Source: Sphingomonadales bacterium (lineage in GTDB: Bacteria; Pseudomonadota; Alphaproteobacteria; Sphingomonadales; Sphingomonadaceae). Taken from it: a stretch of DNA of 64,000 nucleotides. Position numbers and translations under genes: made by a program. Below, in pieces: positions 28,543 to 38,268 of this stretch. The stretch is taken from assembly GCA_028869175.1 (NCBI GenBank), contig JAGWTB010000001.1, positions 2,532 to 66,531 of the forward strand. The letters are read 5' to 3'. Within the stretch, counting starts at the first letter, position 1. Each line of letters opens with the position of its first letter. The notes under the pieces are model-generated. The model was not told the DNA's origin and searched no databases. It worked only from the letters and a program-made list of their open reading frames with translations.

Positions 28543-29472
28543 TTGGCACAATGGCTGCCGCCGGGTGACAAATTGGCCGTGGCCGTTTCCGGCGGGCCTG
28601 ACAGCCTTGCCCTGCTGTTGCTCGCCCATGCCGCGCGTCCGGGCCTGACAGAGGCGGCCACGGTCGATCACGGGTTGCGCGCCGAAAGCGCGGCTGAAGC
28701 GGGCATGGTGGGCGCGGTTTGCCGCTCGCTCGGCGTGCCGCATGAAGTACTGCGCATCTCGGTAGCCGAGGGCAACGTCCAGTCACAGGCGCGCGCGGCG
28801 CGCTATGCCGCGCTGGCGGCGTGGATGGAACGACAGGGCCTTGCCGCGCTGGCGACTGCTCATCATGCCGACGATCAGGCGGAGACCCTGCTGATGCGGC
28901 TGAACCGTGCGAGCGGGGTAGCCGGGCTGGCCGGGGTGCGCGCGCGCGGCCTGCTGCCGGGCACCGAACTGCCGCTGCTGCGCCCGCTGCTGGACTGGCG
29001 GCGCAGCGAGTTGCGCGCCGTGGTCGAAGCCGCAGGCCTGATCGCCGCAGAGGACCCCAGCAACGGCGATGAACGTTTCGACCGCGCACGGCTGCGCCGC
29101 CGCATGGCGGAGGCGGATTGGCTGGATGTGCCAGCGCTTGCCCGCAGCGCCGCTCACCTTGCCGATGCCGATGTCGCGCTCGATTGGGCGGCACGGCGCG
29201 AATGGAGCGAAGCCGTGACCAGGGAACCGATGGGCCTGACCTATCGCCCGCAGGCACCGCGCGCGGTGGCGCTGCGGGTGCTGGCCCTGATCGCCCGGCG
29301 GCTGGGCGAGGAACCGCCGCGCGGCAGCGCGCTGGCCCGCCTGTTCGATGGACTGGTGGACGGGCGTACCGGCTCGATCGGCAGTCTGGTCGTGCGGCCT
29401 ACCCGCGAAGGCTGGCGTTTCATGGCCGCGCCGCAGCGCCGCCGGGCCGTGCCGTCAGGTGCCGACGAGTGA
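28543..29472 (+). CDS. tilS: tRNA(Ile)-lysidine synthetase
   Basis: AVSGGPDS, VDHGLR, ARAARY, AHHADDQAET.LMRL.R, RPLL, DPSN. Start uncertain. Confidence 0.95.
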   Translation: MAQWLPPGDKLAVAVSGGPDSLALLLLAHAARPGLTEAATVDHGLRAESAAEAGMVGAVCRSLGVPHEVLRISVAEGNVQSQARAARYAALAAWMERQGLAALATAHHADDQAETLLMRLNRASGVAGLAGVRARGLLPGTELPLLRPLLDWRRSELRAVVEAAGLIAAEDPSNGDERFDRARLRRRMAEADWLDVPALARSAAHLADADVALDWAARREWSEAVTREPMGLTYRPQAPRAVALRVLALIARRLGEEPPRGSALARLFDGLVDGRTGSIGSLVVRPTREGWRFMAAPQRRRAVPSGADE

Positions 29473-30108
29473 ATCGCCCATCCCGGCGGTCTTGCCGCGG
29501 GTGATATAGACCTTGTCACCCACCTTGGTGGTGCCGAACAGCTTCTTTGCAAAGGCCAGCGGCGTGCCGATGCAGCCGTGGCTGGCATAGCCGTTTTCGA
29601 CATTGGTGGCGTGGATGGTGACGCCGTCATTGGTCAGCCGCTGCATGTAGGGCATCGACGCGGCATAGAGATTGGAGATGTGCCGCGCCTGCTTTTCGGT
29701 AATCGGAAACACTCCGGTCGGCGTCGGCTTTTCCTGGGTGCCGAGCAACACGGCGGTCGCGCCGATTTCATAGCCGCCCTTGAACACTGACAGCACCCGC
29801 GCATCGAGATCGACCGTGATGACGATCGGCCCATCGGGCACGCCCGCCTCGTCCCAGTGCCATTCGCCATAGCGGATCGGCCCGCTGATCGGCAGAATGC
29901 GCTTGATGACAAAGCGCTCGTCGGCGGGTGCGGGGGCCGGCTTGGTGGTGGCCACAGGCGCAGGCTTCGCTGGAGCGGGAGCCGATGCGGCCGAAATCGC
30001 GGCGACCGGCTTGCTTGCAGGCGAAGGTTCGGACAGCGCAAGCACCGCGCCGACTGCGACAATGCCGACAATCGCGGTGCCAATCGCCGCTATTCCGCTG
30101 AACTTCAT
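29455..30108 (-). CDS. L,D-transpeptidase (YkuD family)
   Basis: TPTGVF, MPYMQRL, IHA...ASHGCI. Confidence 0.9.
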   Translation of the reverse strand: MKFSGIAAIGTAIVGIVAVGAVLALSEPSPASKPVAAISAASAPAPAKPAPVATTKPAPAPADERFVIKRILPISGPIRYGEWHWDEAGVPDGPIVITVDLDARVLSVFKGGYEIGATAVLLGTQEKPTPTGVFPITEKQARHISNLYAASMPYMQRLTNDGVTIHATNVENGYASHGCIGTPLAFAKKLFGTTKVGDKVYITRGKTAGMGDSLVGT

Positions 30109-30234
30109 CGCCTGCGCGCCTGTTGCTGTACCCTGATCGTTACCCTGCCGTGGCGCGCGGGCAATTGCCAGCGGCGATCTGTCACCGTGTCGGGGCGGGA
30201 CTGGCGGGCCGGCAAAGGTTAAGCTGGCTTGCTG

Positions 30235-33006
30235 TCACCCATGCGCGCCGAACGCGTTCGCCACGGCGGTGGCAATGCGCAGGGCCAGATGGTTCGCGCG
30301 TTCGATGGGATCGATGTAGTTGCGCTGGATGGCGGCATAGCCGGTCGCGCCCTCGTCGGGGTAATCGGTTGGCTCGGCCACGGTAAAGTCGCCGATCGAG
30401 GGGAAGCTCACCGGGAAGGCACGGCGAAGCTGCGCCACGGCTTCGTCGATCCGCAGGGTGAAAACCATTTCCCACACATCCTCGCGGGCAATGTCATTGG
30501 CGCGGCTGAAGGCAGGGACCATCACCACGCGCAGGAACATGTGCTGGAACAGCGCCAGCCGCAGCGCCTGAAGCACGCCTAGCATCCGGCGGGTCTGCTC
30601 GCGGTCGGCCAGCGGGGCCTCGTCGGGGATCAGCGCCAGCAGGCGATGGAGCTTGAGTGCATCGACGCGCAGCCGCGAGGCAAGGCGGCGGAACACACCC
30701 GCGCGGTCATCGGTGGTCAGATATTCGGCGAGTGACAGGCAGGCAGCGGCGACGTTGCTCTCATTGCCGCGATAGGGGCGGCTGGCCCAGTAGGCCGAAT
30801 TGAACAGTTCGCCATAGGCCGCCACCGTCTTGATCGAGGCCAGCGCATTGGCTGCGCGCACCAGCCGGACGATCTGGCGACCGCGATCGCTGTCCTGCAG
30901 CAAGGCGGCCAGCTCTTCCAGGTTGCCGTCCACCGCCGTACCGAAACCGGCGATGACGTTGACCGGATAACCGAGCTGCTGGAGCACCGCATTGTGCGGG
31001 ATCGCGCGGATCTGGCGCAGGCTCATCGCCCGGTCGGCGGCCAGATCGGACTGGCGGCGCGATTTGCGGCTGCCGGTATCGTTGAGCATGCCCAGCCCGA
31101 AAGCCGTCACCGCGCGCGGATAGGTGGCGCTAGCCAGATGGCGCTGCTGCACACGGCGGATTGCCCGGTAGAAATCGAGGCTTAGGTCGGTGCGGCGATA
31201 GAACGGGTCGGCGGGCGCGGCGGGATCGGTATCGGCGGGGCACAGCTCGACAAAGCGGGTGAGAGTGGCGCTGGCCAGTTCGTCCGAGCCGAAGAACAGA
31301 TAGCCATCGCCGCCCTGGAAGCTGACTTCGGGTTCCAGCCGGATGCCCGCCCGGGCATAGCGCCGCCGCGCCCAGGGCGAGAGTGGCCATGACAGGCGGT
31401 CCACCATCGACGAGGGATGCGCGCCGCGTCCCATCGATTCACCGTGGGTATTGAAGATCAGCGCAGCCACATCGGTCAGGCCGTTCGCGGCCATGGCTTC
31501 TGCCAGTCGCCCTTGCAGCCGCTCGATGGCGAGCGCTGCGGGGATCTGGCCGACGAAGCGGCCAGCATCGGAAAAGCCGGTCTGGATCGCCACCCGCCCG
31601 CGTCCACGGACATAGGCCTGATAGGCCGGCTCGGCCAGCAGGGCATCAAGGAACCGCCCGCCATGTTCAAGCGCGCTTTCGGTTTCGAACAGCGGCGAGA
31701 CATCGACCTTGCCGTCCACCCCGAACAGCTTGGCGAAGTAGAGCGCGGCGAGCACCGTGGTCGGCTGCTCGCATTCGGCCACCAGCATGCGGATCGGCGC
31801 ATCGGCGTCCACATGCGCCAGGATCTGCGCCATGGCGAGAAACTGGCGGACGGCGGTGCTGTTCTCGATCGCCAGCGCGGCGAAGTTGGAGCGCAGTGGC
31901 TGCGCTTCGGCCAGCAATTCGCGCATCCGCACCAGCGCAGCCTGGCTGGCGAGATCGAGCGTGCCTTCGGGATCGATCCGGCGGCGGATCGCGTTCTGCA
32001 GTTGCGAGCTGTTCACCCGGAAGTGAATCCAGCCCATGCCCAGACCATCGGCGCGCATCGCTGCGGCGGCGATCAGCAGTGCGCGGGCATTGGCCTCATC
32101 GGCATCGGCGGCCAGCACTTCCAGCTCGGTGATAACCGGGGTCAGGCTGACGAGCTTGTCGGCATGATCGGCGGTGAGCGTATTGGCGGCGGCGGACAGT
32201 GCGGCGGGATCGGACAGGTCCTGGGCAAACAGCGCCGCCATTTCGCGCGCGCGGGCGGCGGCACGGGACAACCGTTCGGCTACGGCAGGGGCGCAGGATG
32301 CGAGGATTTCGGCATAGTGCTCCAGCCGCTCAGCCTTTTCAGCCAGCCGGTAGCGCAGCGAGGTGTTCCAGCCGATGTCTGTGCGCCCGTCCATGTCATA
32401 GCCGACCCACGAGGCGAAGCGGAACGAGAGTGGCTTCAACGAGCGCCACAGCTTCGGCCAGCGCGCCCGGGCCACGTCGAACAGCGCGCCGTTGATCGCA
32501 TCGCGGGCCTTGTGGGCGCGGGACAGCGCCTTCATCGCCTCATCGTGTTCATAGTCGAGCGTGATCGCATCGCGCGCGCCGGGGGCGGTACAGACCGTTG
32601 CCGCACCAATCTCACCGCTCGACGCCGCACCGGCGACGGCAGCAGCCTGCGCGCGGCTCAGCAGGAAGGTGGGATGCGCGGTGAAAACGATGTGGGCGTT
32701 GACCCGCTGCCAGCGCGCGGCGAAAGCAGAGAAATCGGCTTCGTTCGCCAGCCCCGCCAGCCGGGCGGCATTGGCGGCAGGCTCAACGGGCTGAACCAGC
32801 CGGTTGAGCCGCACCGCGCGGGCCTGCAGCCCGGTACATTCGAGTTCGGCCACCAGCGTCTCGACCATGTCGAGCGTCAATGCGCCGCTCTCCAGTTCGC
32901 GCGATAGTTCCAGCCCCAGCTGGAACACCGGATTGAACAACGGGGTTTCCGCCGTGCGTTCGTGCAACTGGGCAAGTCGGGCTTCAAGGGCCGGAATATC
33001 GGTCAT
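30235..33006 (-). CDS. ppc: Phosphoenolpyruvate carboxylase, divergent type
   Basis: FTAHPT, SWVGYDMDG, PLFET, GFSD, GRG, QG, IRAIP in canonical order; about 920 aa. Confidence 0.8.
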   Translation of the reverse strand: MTDIPALEARLAQLHERTAETPLFNPVFQLGLELSRELESGALTLDMVETLVAELECTGLQARAVRLNRLVQPVEPAANAARLAGLANEADFSAFAARWQRVNAHIVFTAHPTFLLSRAQAAAVAGAASSGEIGAATVCTAPGARDAITLDYEHDEAMKALSRAHKARDAINGALFDVARARWPKLWRSLKPLSFRFASWVGYDMDGRTDIGWNTSLRYRLAEKAERLEHYAEILASCAPAVAERLSRAAARAREMAALFAQDLSDPAALSAAANTLTADHADKLVSLTPVITELEVLAADADEANARALLIAAAAMRADGLGMGWIHFRVNSSQLQNAIRRRIDPEGTLDLASQAALVRMRELLAEAQPLRSNFAALAIENSTAVRQFLAMAQILAHVDADAPIRMLVAECEQPTTVLAALYFAKLFGVDGKVDVSPLFETESALEHGGRFLDALLAEPAYQAYVRGRGRVAIQTGFSDAGRFVGQIPAALAIERLQGRLAEAMAANGLTDVAALIFNTHGESMGRGAHPSSMVDRLSWPLSPWARRRYARAGIRLEPEVSFQGGDGYLFFGSDELASATLTRFVELCPADTDPAAPADPFYRRTDLSLDFYRAIRRVQQRHLASATYPRAVTAFGLGMLNDTGSRKSRRQSDLAADRAMSLRQIRAIPHNAVLQQLGYPVNVIAGFGTAVDGNLEELAALLQDSDRGRQIVRLVRAANALASIKTVAAYGELFNSAYWASRPYRGNESNVAAACLSLAEYLTTDDRAGVFRRLASRLRVDALKLHRLLALIPDEAPLADREQTRRMLGVLQALRLALFQHMFLRVVMVPAFSRANDIAREDVWEMVFTLRIDEAVAQLRRAFPVSFPSIGDFTVAEPTDYPDEGATGYAAIQRNYIDPIERANHLALRIATAVANAFGAHG

Positions 33007-33068
33007 CGCGCGCTCCTGTGTCGATCCGCCGCCAGGCCTCATCCCCCCGGATGCCTTCTTCTTTTCGC

Positions 33069-33692
33069 TCAGGTCTTCGCCAGAGCTGCCGCGGCCCGCG
33101 CCGCATTTTCGATGGCGGCCTTATCTGGCGCGCCCTTGCCGACCAGCCACGATCCGCCGACGCAGAGCACAGCGTCCAGCCCAAGCCAATTCGGCGCCGT
33201 TGCCTGGGTAATGCCGCCGGTCGGGCAGAAGCGCGCTTCACCGAATGGCGCGGCGATGGCTTTGAGCGCGGCGATTCCGCCCGAGGCTTCCGCCGGGAAG
33301 AACTTGAAGCGCCTGAGGCCCAGGTCCATGCCGAGCATGATGTCGCCGGCATTGGCGGTGCCGGGAAGGAACGGCACGCCGCAGGCGACCGCCGCGAGCC
33401 CGAGCCTTTCGGTCAGTCCCGGCGAGACGATGAATTCCGCGCCGGCGCCGATGGCGGCATCGAGATCGGCAGGATTCAGCACTGTTCCCGCGCCGACGAT
33501 GGCACCGGGAACGGTCTTCATCGCCCGGATCACGTCGAGCGCGGCCTTGGTGCGCAGGGTCACTTCCAGCACCGGCAGTCCGCCCGCGACCAGCGCTTCG
33601 GCGATGGGAACGGCGTGGGCGGCGTCTTCGATCACCAGTACCGGGATTACCGGTGCGGTACGCATGAGTTGGTCGATGGCGGAAATGGTCAC
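33069..33692 (-). CDS. eda: KDPG/KHG aldolase
   Basis: LEVTLRT, VGAGTV, FIVSPG, KFFPA, FCPTGGI, VGGSW. Confidence 0.97.
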   Translation of the reverse strand: MTISAIDQLMRTAPVIPVLVIEDAAHAVPIAEALVAGGLPVLEVTLRTKAALDVIRAMKTVPGAIVGAGTVLNPADLDAAIGAGAEFIVSPGLTERLGLAAVACGVPFLPGTANAGDIMLGMDLGLRRFKFFPAEASGGIAALKAIAAPFGEARFCPTGGITQATAPNWLGLDAVLCVGGSWLVGKGAPDKAAIENAARAAAALAKT

Positions 33693-34660
33693 AAATGCTC
33701 CGTGGCGAAGGCGGCAGCGGCACCGAACAGGCCCGGCTGCGGATGCGTGATAAGCTTGACGGGCAGCGCGGCCATCAATGCTTCAAAGCGCCCCTTGGCG
33801 CGGAAGCGTTCGGCAAAGCCCGAGGCGAGCAGGGTATCGCGGATGCGCAGGCCCAGCCCGCCGGCGATGACCACGCCGCTGGCCCCCTGCGCCAGCGCGA
33901 TATCGCCCGCCACCGAGCCGAGAGACAGGCAGAAGCGCCCGACGGCGGCGGCGGCCAGGCTGTCTTCGCCGCTGGCAGCACGCTGCCACAGGGTCTTGTC
34001 ATCGAACTGCTGGATCGCCCGGCCTTCCATCGCGGCCAGCGTTTCGTAGATGCCGACGATGCCCGGCCCGGCAACCACCCGTTCGACCGAGACGCGGCGA
34101 TGGCGCTGGCGCAGGTGCGCAAGAATGCGGTCCTCGATGGTATCGAGCGGGGCGAAATCGATGTGCCCGCCTTCGGTCGCCTGCACGCGGTAGTGGCCGG
34201 CTCCGTCGTGCCAGACATGGGCGACGCCCAGGCCCGTGCCGGGGCCGACGACCGAGAGCGTACCGGCGGCAGGCAGCGGTTCATCTGGTCCGGCGAGGTG
34301 GAGGAAATGCTCCGCTTCCGCGCGCGCCACGGCATGGCCGACCGCGCCGAAATCGTTGACCAGGGTCACTTGATCGACGCCCAGCTCGCCGGCGAGGGCG
34401 TCGGGCCGGAGCACCCAGGGGTTATTGGTGAAGCGGATCGTCTCGCCGCCCACCGGCCCGGCGATGGCAATGGCGACAGCGCGCGGCAGGGTGCCGCCCT
34501 GCTGGTGGGCGAAGTGTTCCCAGGCTGTCTGGAAGCTGGCGTGATCGGCGGTGTGCAGCGTTACCGGCTCGCCCAGCGTGATGCCGCCATCGGCAGCGAT
34601 GGCGGCAAGGCAAAAGCGCGCGTGGGTTCCGCCGATGTCGATGGCAACGAGATTGGTCAT
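33689..34660 (-). CDS. glk: Glucokinase
   Basis: [39 protein letters not shown]. Confidence 0.95.
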   Translation of the reverse strand: MTNLVAIDIGGTHARFCLAAIAADGGITLGEPVTLHTADHASFQTAWEHFAHQQGGTLPRAVAIAIAGPVGGETIRFTNNPWVLRPDALAGELGVDQVTLVNDFGAVGHAVARAEAEHFLHLAGPDEPLPAAGTLSVVGPGTGLGVAHVWHDGAGHYRVQATEGGHIDFAPLDTIEDRILAHLRQRHRRVSVERVVAGPGIVGIYETLAAMEGRAIQQFDDKTLWQRAASGEDSLAAAAVGRFCLSLGSVAGDIALAQGASGVVIAGGLGLRIRDTLLASGFAERFRAKGRFEALMAALPVKLITHPQPGLFGAAAAFATEHL

Positions 34661-34662
34661 CG

Positions 34663-34808
34663 TCCCCCCTCCTCTTCAGAGGAGGGGGTCAGGGGGTGGT
34701 GGCGCACCGCGCAAGCGGTGCGCGCGGGGCCTGGCACCACCCCGCTGCGACTTGGTGCGGCTGCGCCGAACCAAGTCTCGCTGCCCCTCCTCTGAAGAGG
34801 AGGGGGGA
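34663..34808. repeat. Palindromic intergenic element (REP/RIME/RPE-like) inside the ED operon
   Basis: Terminal hairpins CCCCCTCCTCTTCAGAGGAGGGGG and CCCCTCCTCTGAAGAGGAGGGG, mutually inverted, with internal stems; a related copy lies at 42749. Confidence 0.85.
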
Positions 34809-34838
34809 GTATCCCAGTGTCCATGATCGCCACGCCCA

Positions 34839-36653
34839 TCACAGCCCCGCCATCGCCAGCATTGCCGAACCGCCGCGCTCCGCGCCATCGGCATTCAGCC
34901 GCATCATGGCGAACAGTTCGCGGCCGAAGCCCTGCTCTTCGGCGGGGGCAGGAGCAGGCTCGCGACCTGCCAGGTCGGCCAGAACTTCGAGCGAACCGGT
35001 CTTGGCGCAGAGCCGCACCACGTCGCCATCGCGCAGCAGCGCCAGCGCGCCGCCGCCCAAAGCCTCTGGCGTGACGTGGATCGCGGCGGGGACCTTGCCC
35101 GATGCGCCCGACATGCGTCCGTCGGTCACCAGCGCAACCTTGAAGCCCTTGTCCTGCAGCACGCCCAGCGGCGGGGTCAGCTTGTGCAGTTCGGGCATGC
35201 CGTTGGCGCGCGGGCCCTGGAAGCGGACGACGACGATCACGTCGCGGTGCAGTTCACCCGCCCTGAACGCTGCCTGCACTTCCTCCTGCGAGTTGAACAC
35301 CCGGATCGGCGCTTCGATGGTCCAGCGATCAGGCGATACGGCGCTGGTCTTGAACGTGGCGCGGCCAAGGTTGCCCTGCACCAGCCGCATTCCGCCGTCG
35401 GCCATGAACGGATCGGCGATGCCACGCAGCATGTCCGGATCGCCGCTGGCTGCCGGCACGGGATGCCAGGACAGGTTATCGCCATCGAGCCGGGGTTCCT
35501 CGGCATAAGCGGCCATTCCGCCTTCGGCGATTGTCAGCACGTCGCCATGGATCAGCCCGTTGCCCAGCAGTTCGCGCACGACCCAGGCCATGCCGCCGGC
35601 GGCATGGAAGTGGTTCACGTCTCCCGAGCCGTTGGGATAGACGCGGGCGATCAGCGGCACGGCGGCGGACAGTTCGTCGATGTCCTGCCAGTCAAGGCTG
35701 ATCCCTGCCGCGCGGGCCATGGCTGGCAGGTGGATCGCGTGGTTGGTCGATCCACCGGTGGCGAGCAGGCCGACCACGGCATTGACGATGGCCTTTTCGT
35801 CCACCACCCGCGCCATCGGACGGTAATCGTCGCTCTGTCGGGTAATCGCCGCAAGCCGGTGGACGGCAGCGCGGGTCAGCTGGCTGCGCAGCGGCGTGTT
35901 CGGCGGGATGAAGGCCGCGCCGGGGACGTGCAGCCCCATCAATTCCATCATCATCTGGTTGGAATTGGCCGTACCGTAGAACGTGCAGGTGCCCGGCGAG
36001 TGATAGCTCTTCATCTCGCTTTCGAGCAGTTCGGCGCGGCCGAGCTTGCCCTCGGCATAGAGCTGGCGGACCTTCTGCTTTTCCTTGTTGGCGATGCCCG
36101 ATGGCATCGGCCCGGCAGGAACGAACACGGCGGGCAGGTGGCCATAGCGCAGCGCGCCGATCACCAGCCCGGGCACGATCTTGTCGCACACCCCCAGCAG
36201 CGCCATGCCGTCGAACATCGCGTGGCTGAGGCCAACCGCGGCGGACAGGGCAATCACGTCGCGGCTGAACAGCGACAGCTCCATGGTCGGCTGGCCCTGC
36301 GTCACGCCGTCGCACATCGCCGGGACAGCGCCCGCCACCTGCGCCGTCGCGCCGACTTCGCGGGCATAGAGCTTCATCGCTTCGGGATAGCGGCCATAGG
36401 GCTGGTGCGCCGAAAGCATGTCGTTGTAGGCGGTGATGATGCCCAGGTTCCCGGCCCGGGTGTGGGCCAGCGTCTTCTGGTCCTGCTCGGCTCCGGCGAA
36501 ACCATGGGCAAGGTTGGAGCAAGACAGGAATTCGCGATTGCCGTGGCTCTCCGCCTCGGCGCCCATCAGGTCGAGATAACGGCGGCGGCCCGCTTTCGAT
36601 TTTTCGACGATGCGGGCGGTGACGCGTTCCAGCGCGGGGTTCAGCTTGGTCAT
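34839..36653 (-). CDS. edd: 6-phosphogluconate dehydratase
   Basis: [59 protein letters not shown]. Confidence 0.97.
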   Translation of the reverse strand: MTKLNPALERVTARIVEKSKAGRRRYLDLMGAEAESHGNREFLSCSNLAHGFAGAEQDQKTLAHTRAGNLGIITAYNDMLSAHQPYGRYPEAMKLYAREVGATAQVAGAVPAMCDGVTQGQPTMELSLFSRDVIALSAAVGLSHAMFDGMALLGVCDKIVPGLVIGALRYGHLPAVFVPAGPMPSGIANKEKQKVRQLYAEGKLGRAELLESEMKSYHSPGTCTFYGTANSNQMMMELMGLHVPGAAFIPPNTPLRSQLTRAAVHRLAAITRQSDDYRPMARVVDEKAIVNAVVGLLATGGSTNHAIHLPAMARAAGISLDWQDIDELSAAVPLIARVYPNGSGDVNHFHAAGGMAWVVRELLGNGLIHGDVLTIAEGGMAAYAEEPRLDGDNLSWHPVPAASGDPDMLRGIADPFMADGGMRLVQGNLGRATFKTSAVSPDRWTIEAPIRVFNSQEEVQAAFRAGELHRDVIVVVRFQGPRANGMPELHKLTPPLGVLQDKGFKVALVTDGRMSGASGKVPAAIHVTPEALGGGALALLRDGDVVRLCAKTGSLEVLADLAGREPAPAPAEEQGFGRELFAMMRLNADGAERGGSAMLAMAGL

Positions 36654-36666
36654 GGTTCGCTCTTGC

Positions 36667-38106
36667 CTATTCGTGCCAGGTCACGCCGTCGCGCTCGGCC
36701 AGGGCAATTGCGGCGGTTGGCCCCCAGGATCCGGCGGTATAGGTCTTGGGTGCCAGTCCCTTGTCGGCCCAGCTTGCCCGCACGGCATCGATCCACTCCC
36801 ACTGCGCTTCCACTTCATCGCGGCGGACGAACAGGGTCTGATCGCCTTCGACCAGATCGAGCAGGAGGCGTTCGTAGGCGATGCGCTTGGTCGGCCCGGC
36901 GAAGGCATCGGGCATGTCGATATCCAGCGGCACCGGGCGCAGGCGGATGCCGCCGCGATCGAGCCCGGGCACCTTGGCCATCAGCGAGAGCGAGATGTTC
37001 TCTTCCGGCTGGATACCGATCACCAGCCGGTTGGGCTGGGCGGTGGCCCCGCGCGCGTCGAAGATGGAATAGGGCACGGGGCGGAACTGGATGATGATCT
37101 CGGTCTTGCGCGCGGGCAGGCGCTTGCCGGTGCGCAGGTAGAACGGCACACCCTTCCACCGCCAGTTGTCCAGATGAGCCTTGATCGCCACGAAAGTCTC
37201 GGTCTCGCTCGGCTTGCCCAGCTCGTCGGCATAGCCGGGCACGGCCTGTCCGGCGATGGCCCCAGCGGTGTACTGGCCGGTCACGGTCTCCTCGGGCAGG
37301 ATTTTGCGCAGCGAGCGCAGCACCTTGACTTTCTCGTCGCGCACGGCGGTGGCGTTGTAGGACACCGGCGGCTCCATCGCCACCAGCGCCAGCAATTGCA
37401 GCATGTGGTTCTGCACCATGTCGCGCAGCGCGCCCGCACCGTCGTAGAAGCCGACGCGGCCTTCAAGGCCCACGGTTTCCGCCACGGTAATCTGGACATG
37501 GTCGATATGGGCCGCGTTCCACAGCGGTTCGAACATGATGTTGGCAAAGCGCAACGCCAGCAGGTTCTGGACGGTTTCCTTGCCGAGATAGTGGTCGATC
37601 CGGAATATGCGGTCTTCGCTGAAGGCGCTGGCCACCGCGTCGTTGATCTCGCGGCTGGATTCCAGGCAAGTGCCGAGCGGCTTTTCAAGGCCGATGCGCA
37701 CCTTGCCGTGGGTGAGGCCTGCGGCGGAAAGCCCGGCAATGGTGGGCTCGAACAGATTGGGTGCGGTCGAAAGGAAGATGGCCAGGCCATCGTCCTGCGG
37801 GCCAACCTTGTCGGCCAGCGCGGCGAAGTGATCGGTCTCGTTCGCGTCGAGCGGCTGGTAGTGCAGGCGGTTGAGAAAACCCGCCATCGATCCACGCCGT
37901 TCGGCTGGCAGGAACTTCTCCAGCGCGGCCCTGACGAAGTTGCGATAGCCCTGATCGTCCATTTCCTGCCGCGCCGTGCCTATGATCGCGAGATCGGGCG
38001 CGAGCAGATTGTCGGCGCAAAGCGCGCAGAGCGATGGCAGCAACATGCGCTGCGCCAGATCGCCGGTGGCCCCGAACAGCAGCAAACGGTCTGCGGTAAA
38101 GCTCAT
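36667..38106 (-). CDS. zwf: Glucose-6-phosphate 1-dehydrogenase
   Basis: [47 protein letters not shown]. Confidence 0.98.
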   Translation of the reverse strand: MSFTADRLLLFGATGDLAQRMLLPSLCALCADNLLAPDLAIIGTARQEMDDQGYRNFVRAALEKFLPAERRGSMAGFLNRLHYQPLDANETDHFAALADKVGPQDDGLAIFLSTAPNLFEPTIAGLSAAGLTHGKVRIGLEKPLGTCLESSREINDAVASAFSEDRIFRIDHYLGKETVQNLLALRFANIMFEPLWNAAHIDHVQITVAETVGLEGRVGFYDGAGALRDMVQNHMLQLLALVAMEPPVSYNATAVRDEKVKVLRSLRKILPEETVTGQYTAGAIAGQAVPGYADELGKPSETETFVAIKAHLDNWRWKGVPFYLRTGKRLPARKTEIIIQFRPVPYSIFDARGATAQPNRLVIGIQPEENISLSLMAKVPGLDRGGIRLRPVPLDIDMPDAFAGPTKRIAYERLLLDLVEGDQTLFVRRDEVEAQWEWIDAVRASWADKGLAPKTYTAGSWGPTAAIALAERDGVTWHE

Positions 38107-38268
38107 CGCGGCACGGTTCCCTTGGATGGCGGAAAGGCGCTGGATTCCTCGCCTGCGGGCAGGGGATAACGCCGCTCGCGGCCCCGCGCCAGCAGATGCG
38201 AAGCTGAATACGATTGCGGCATTGCAGCAAGAGGTTAAGTCTAAACGCGCATAAGGAGAAGAGTCGCC

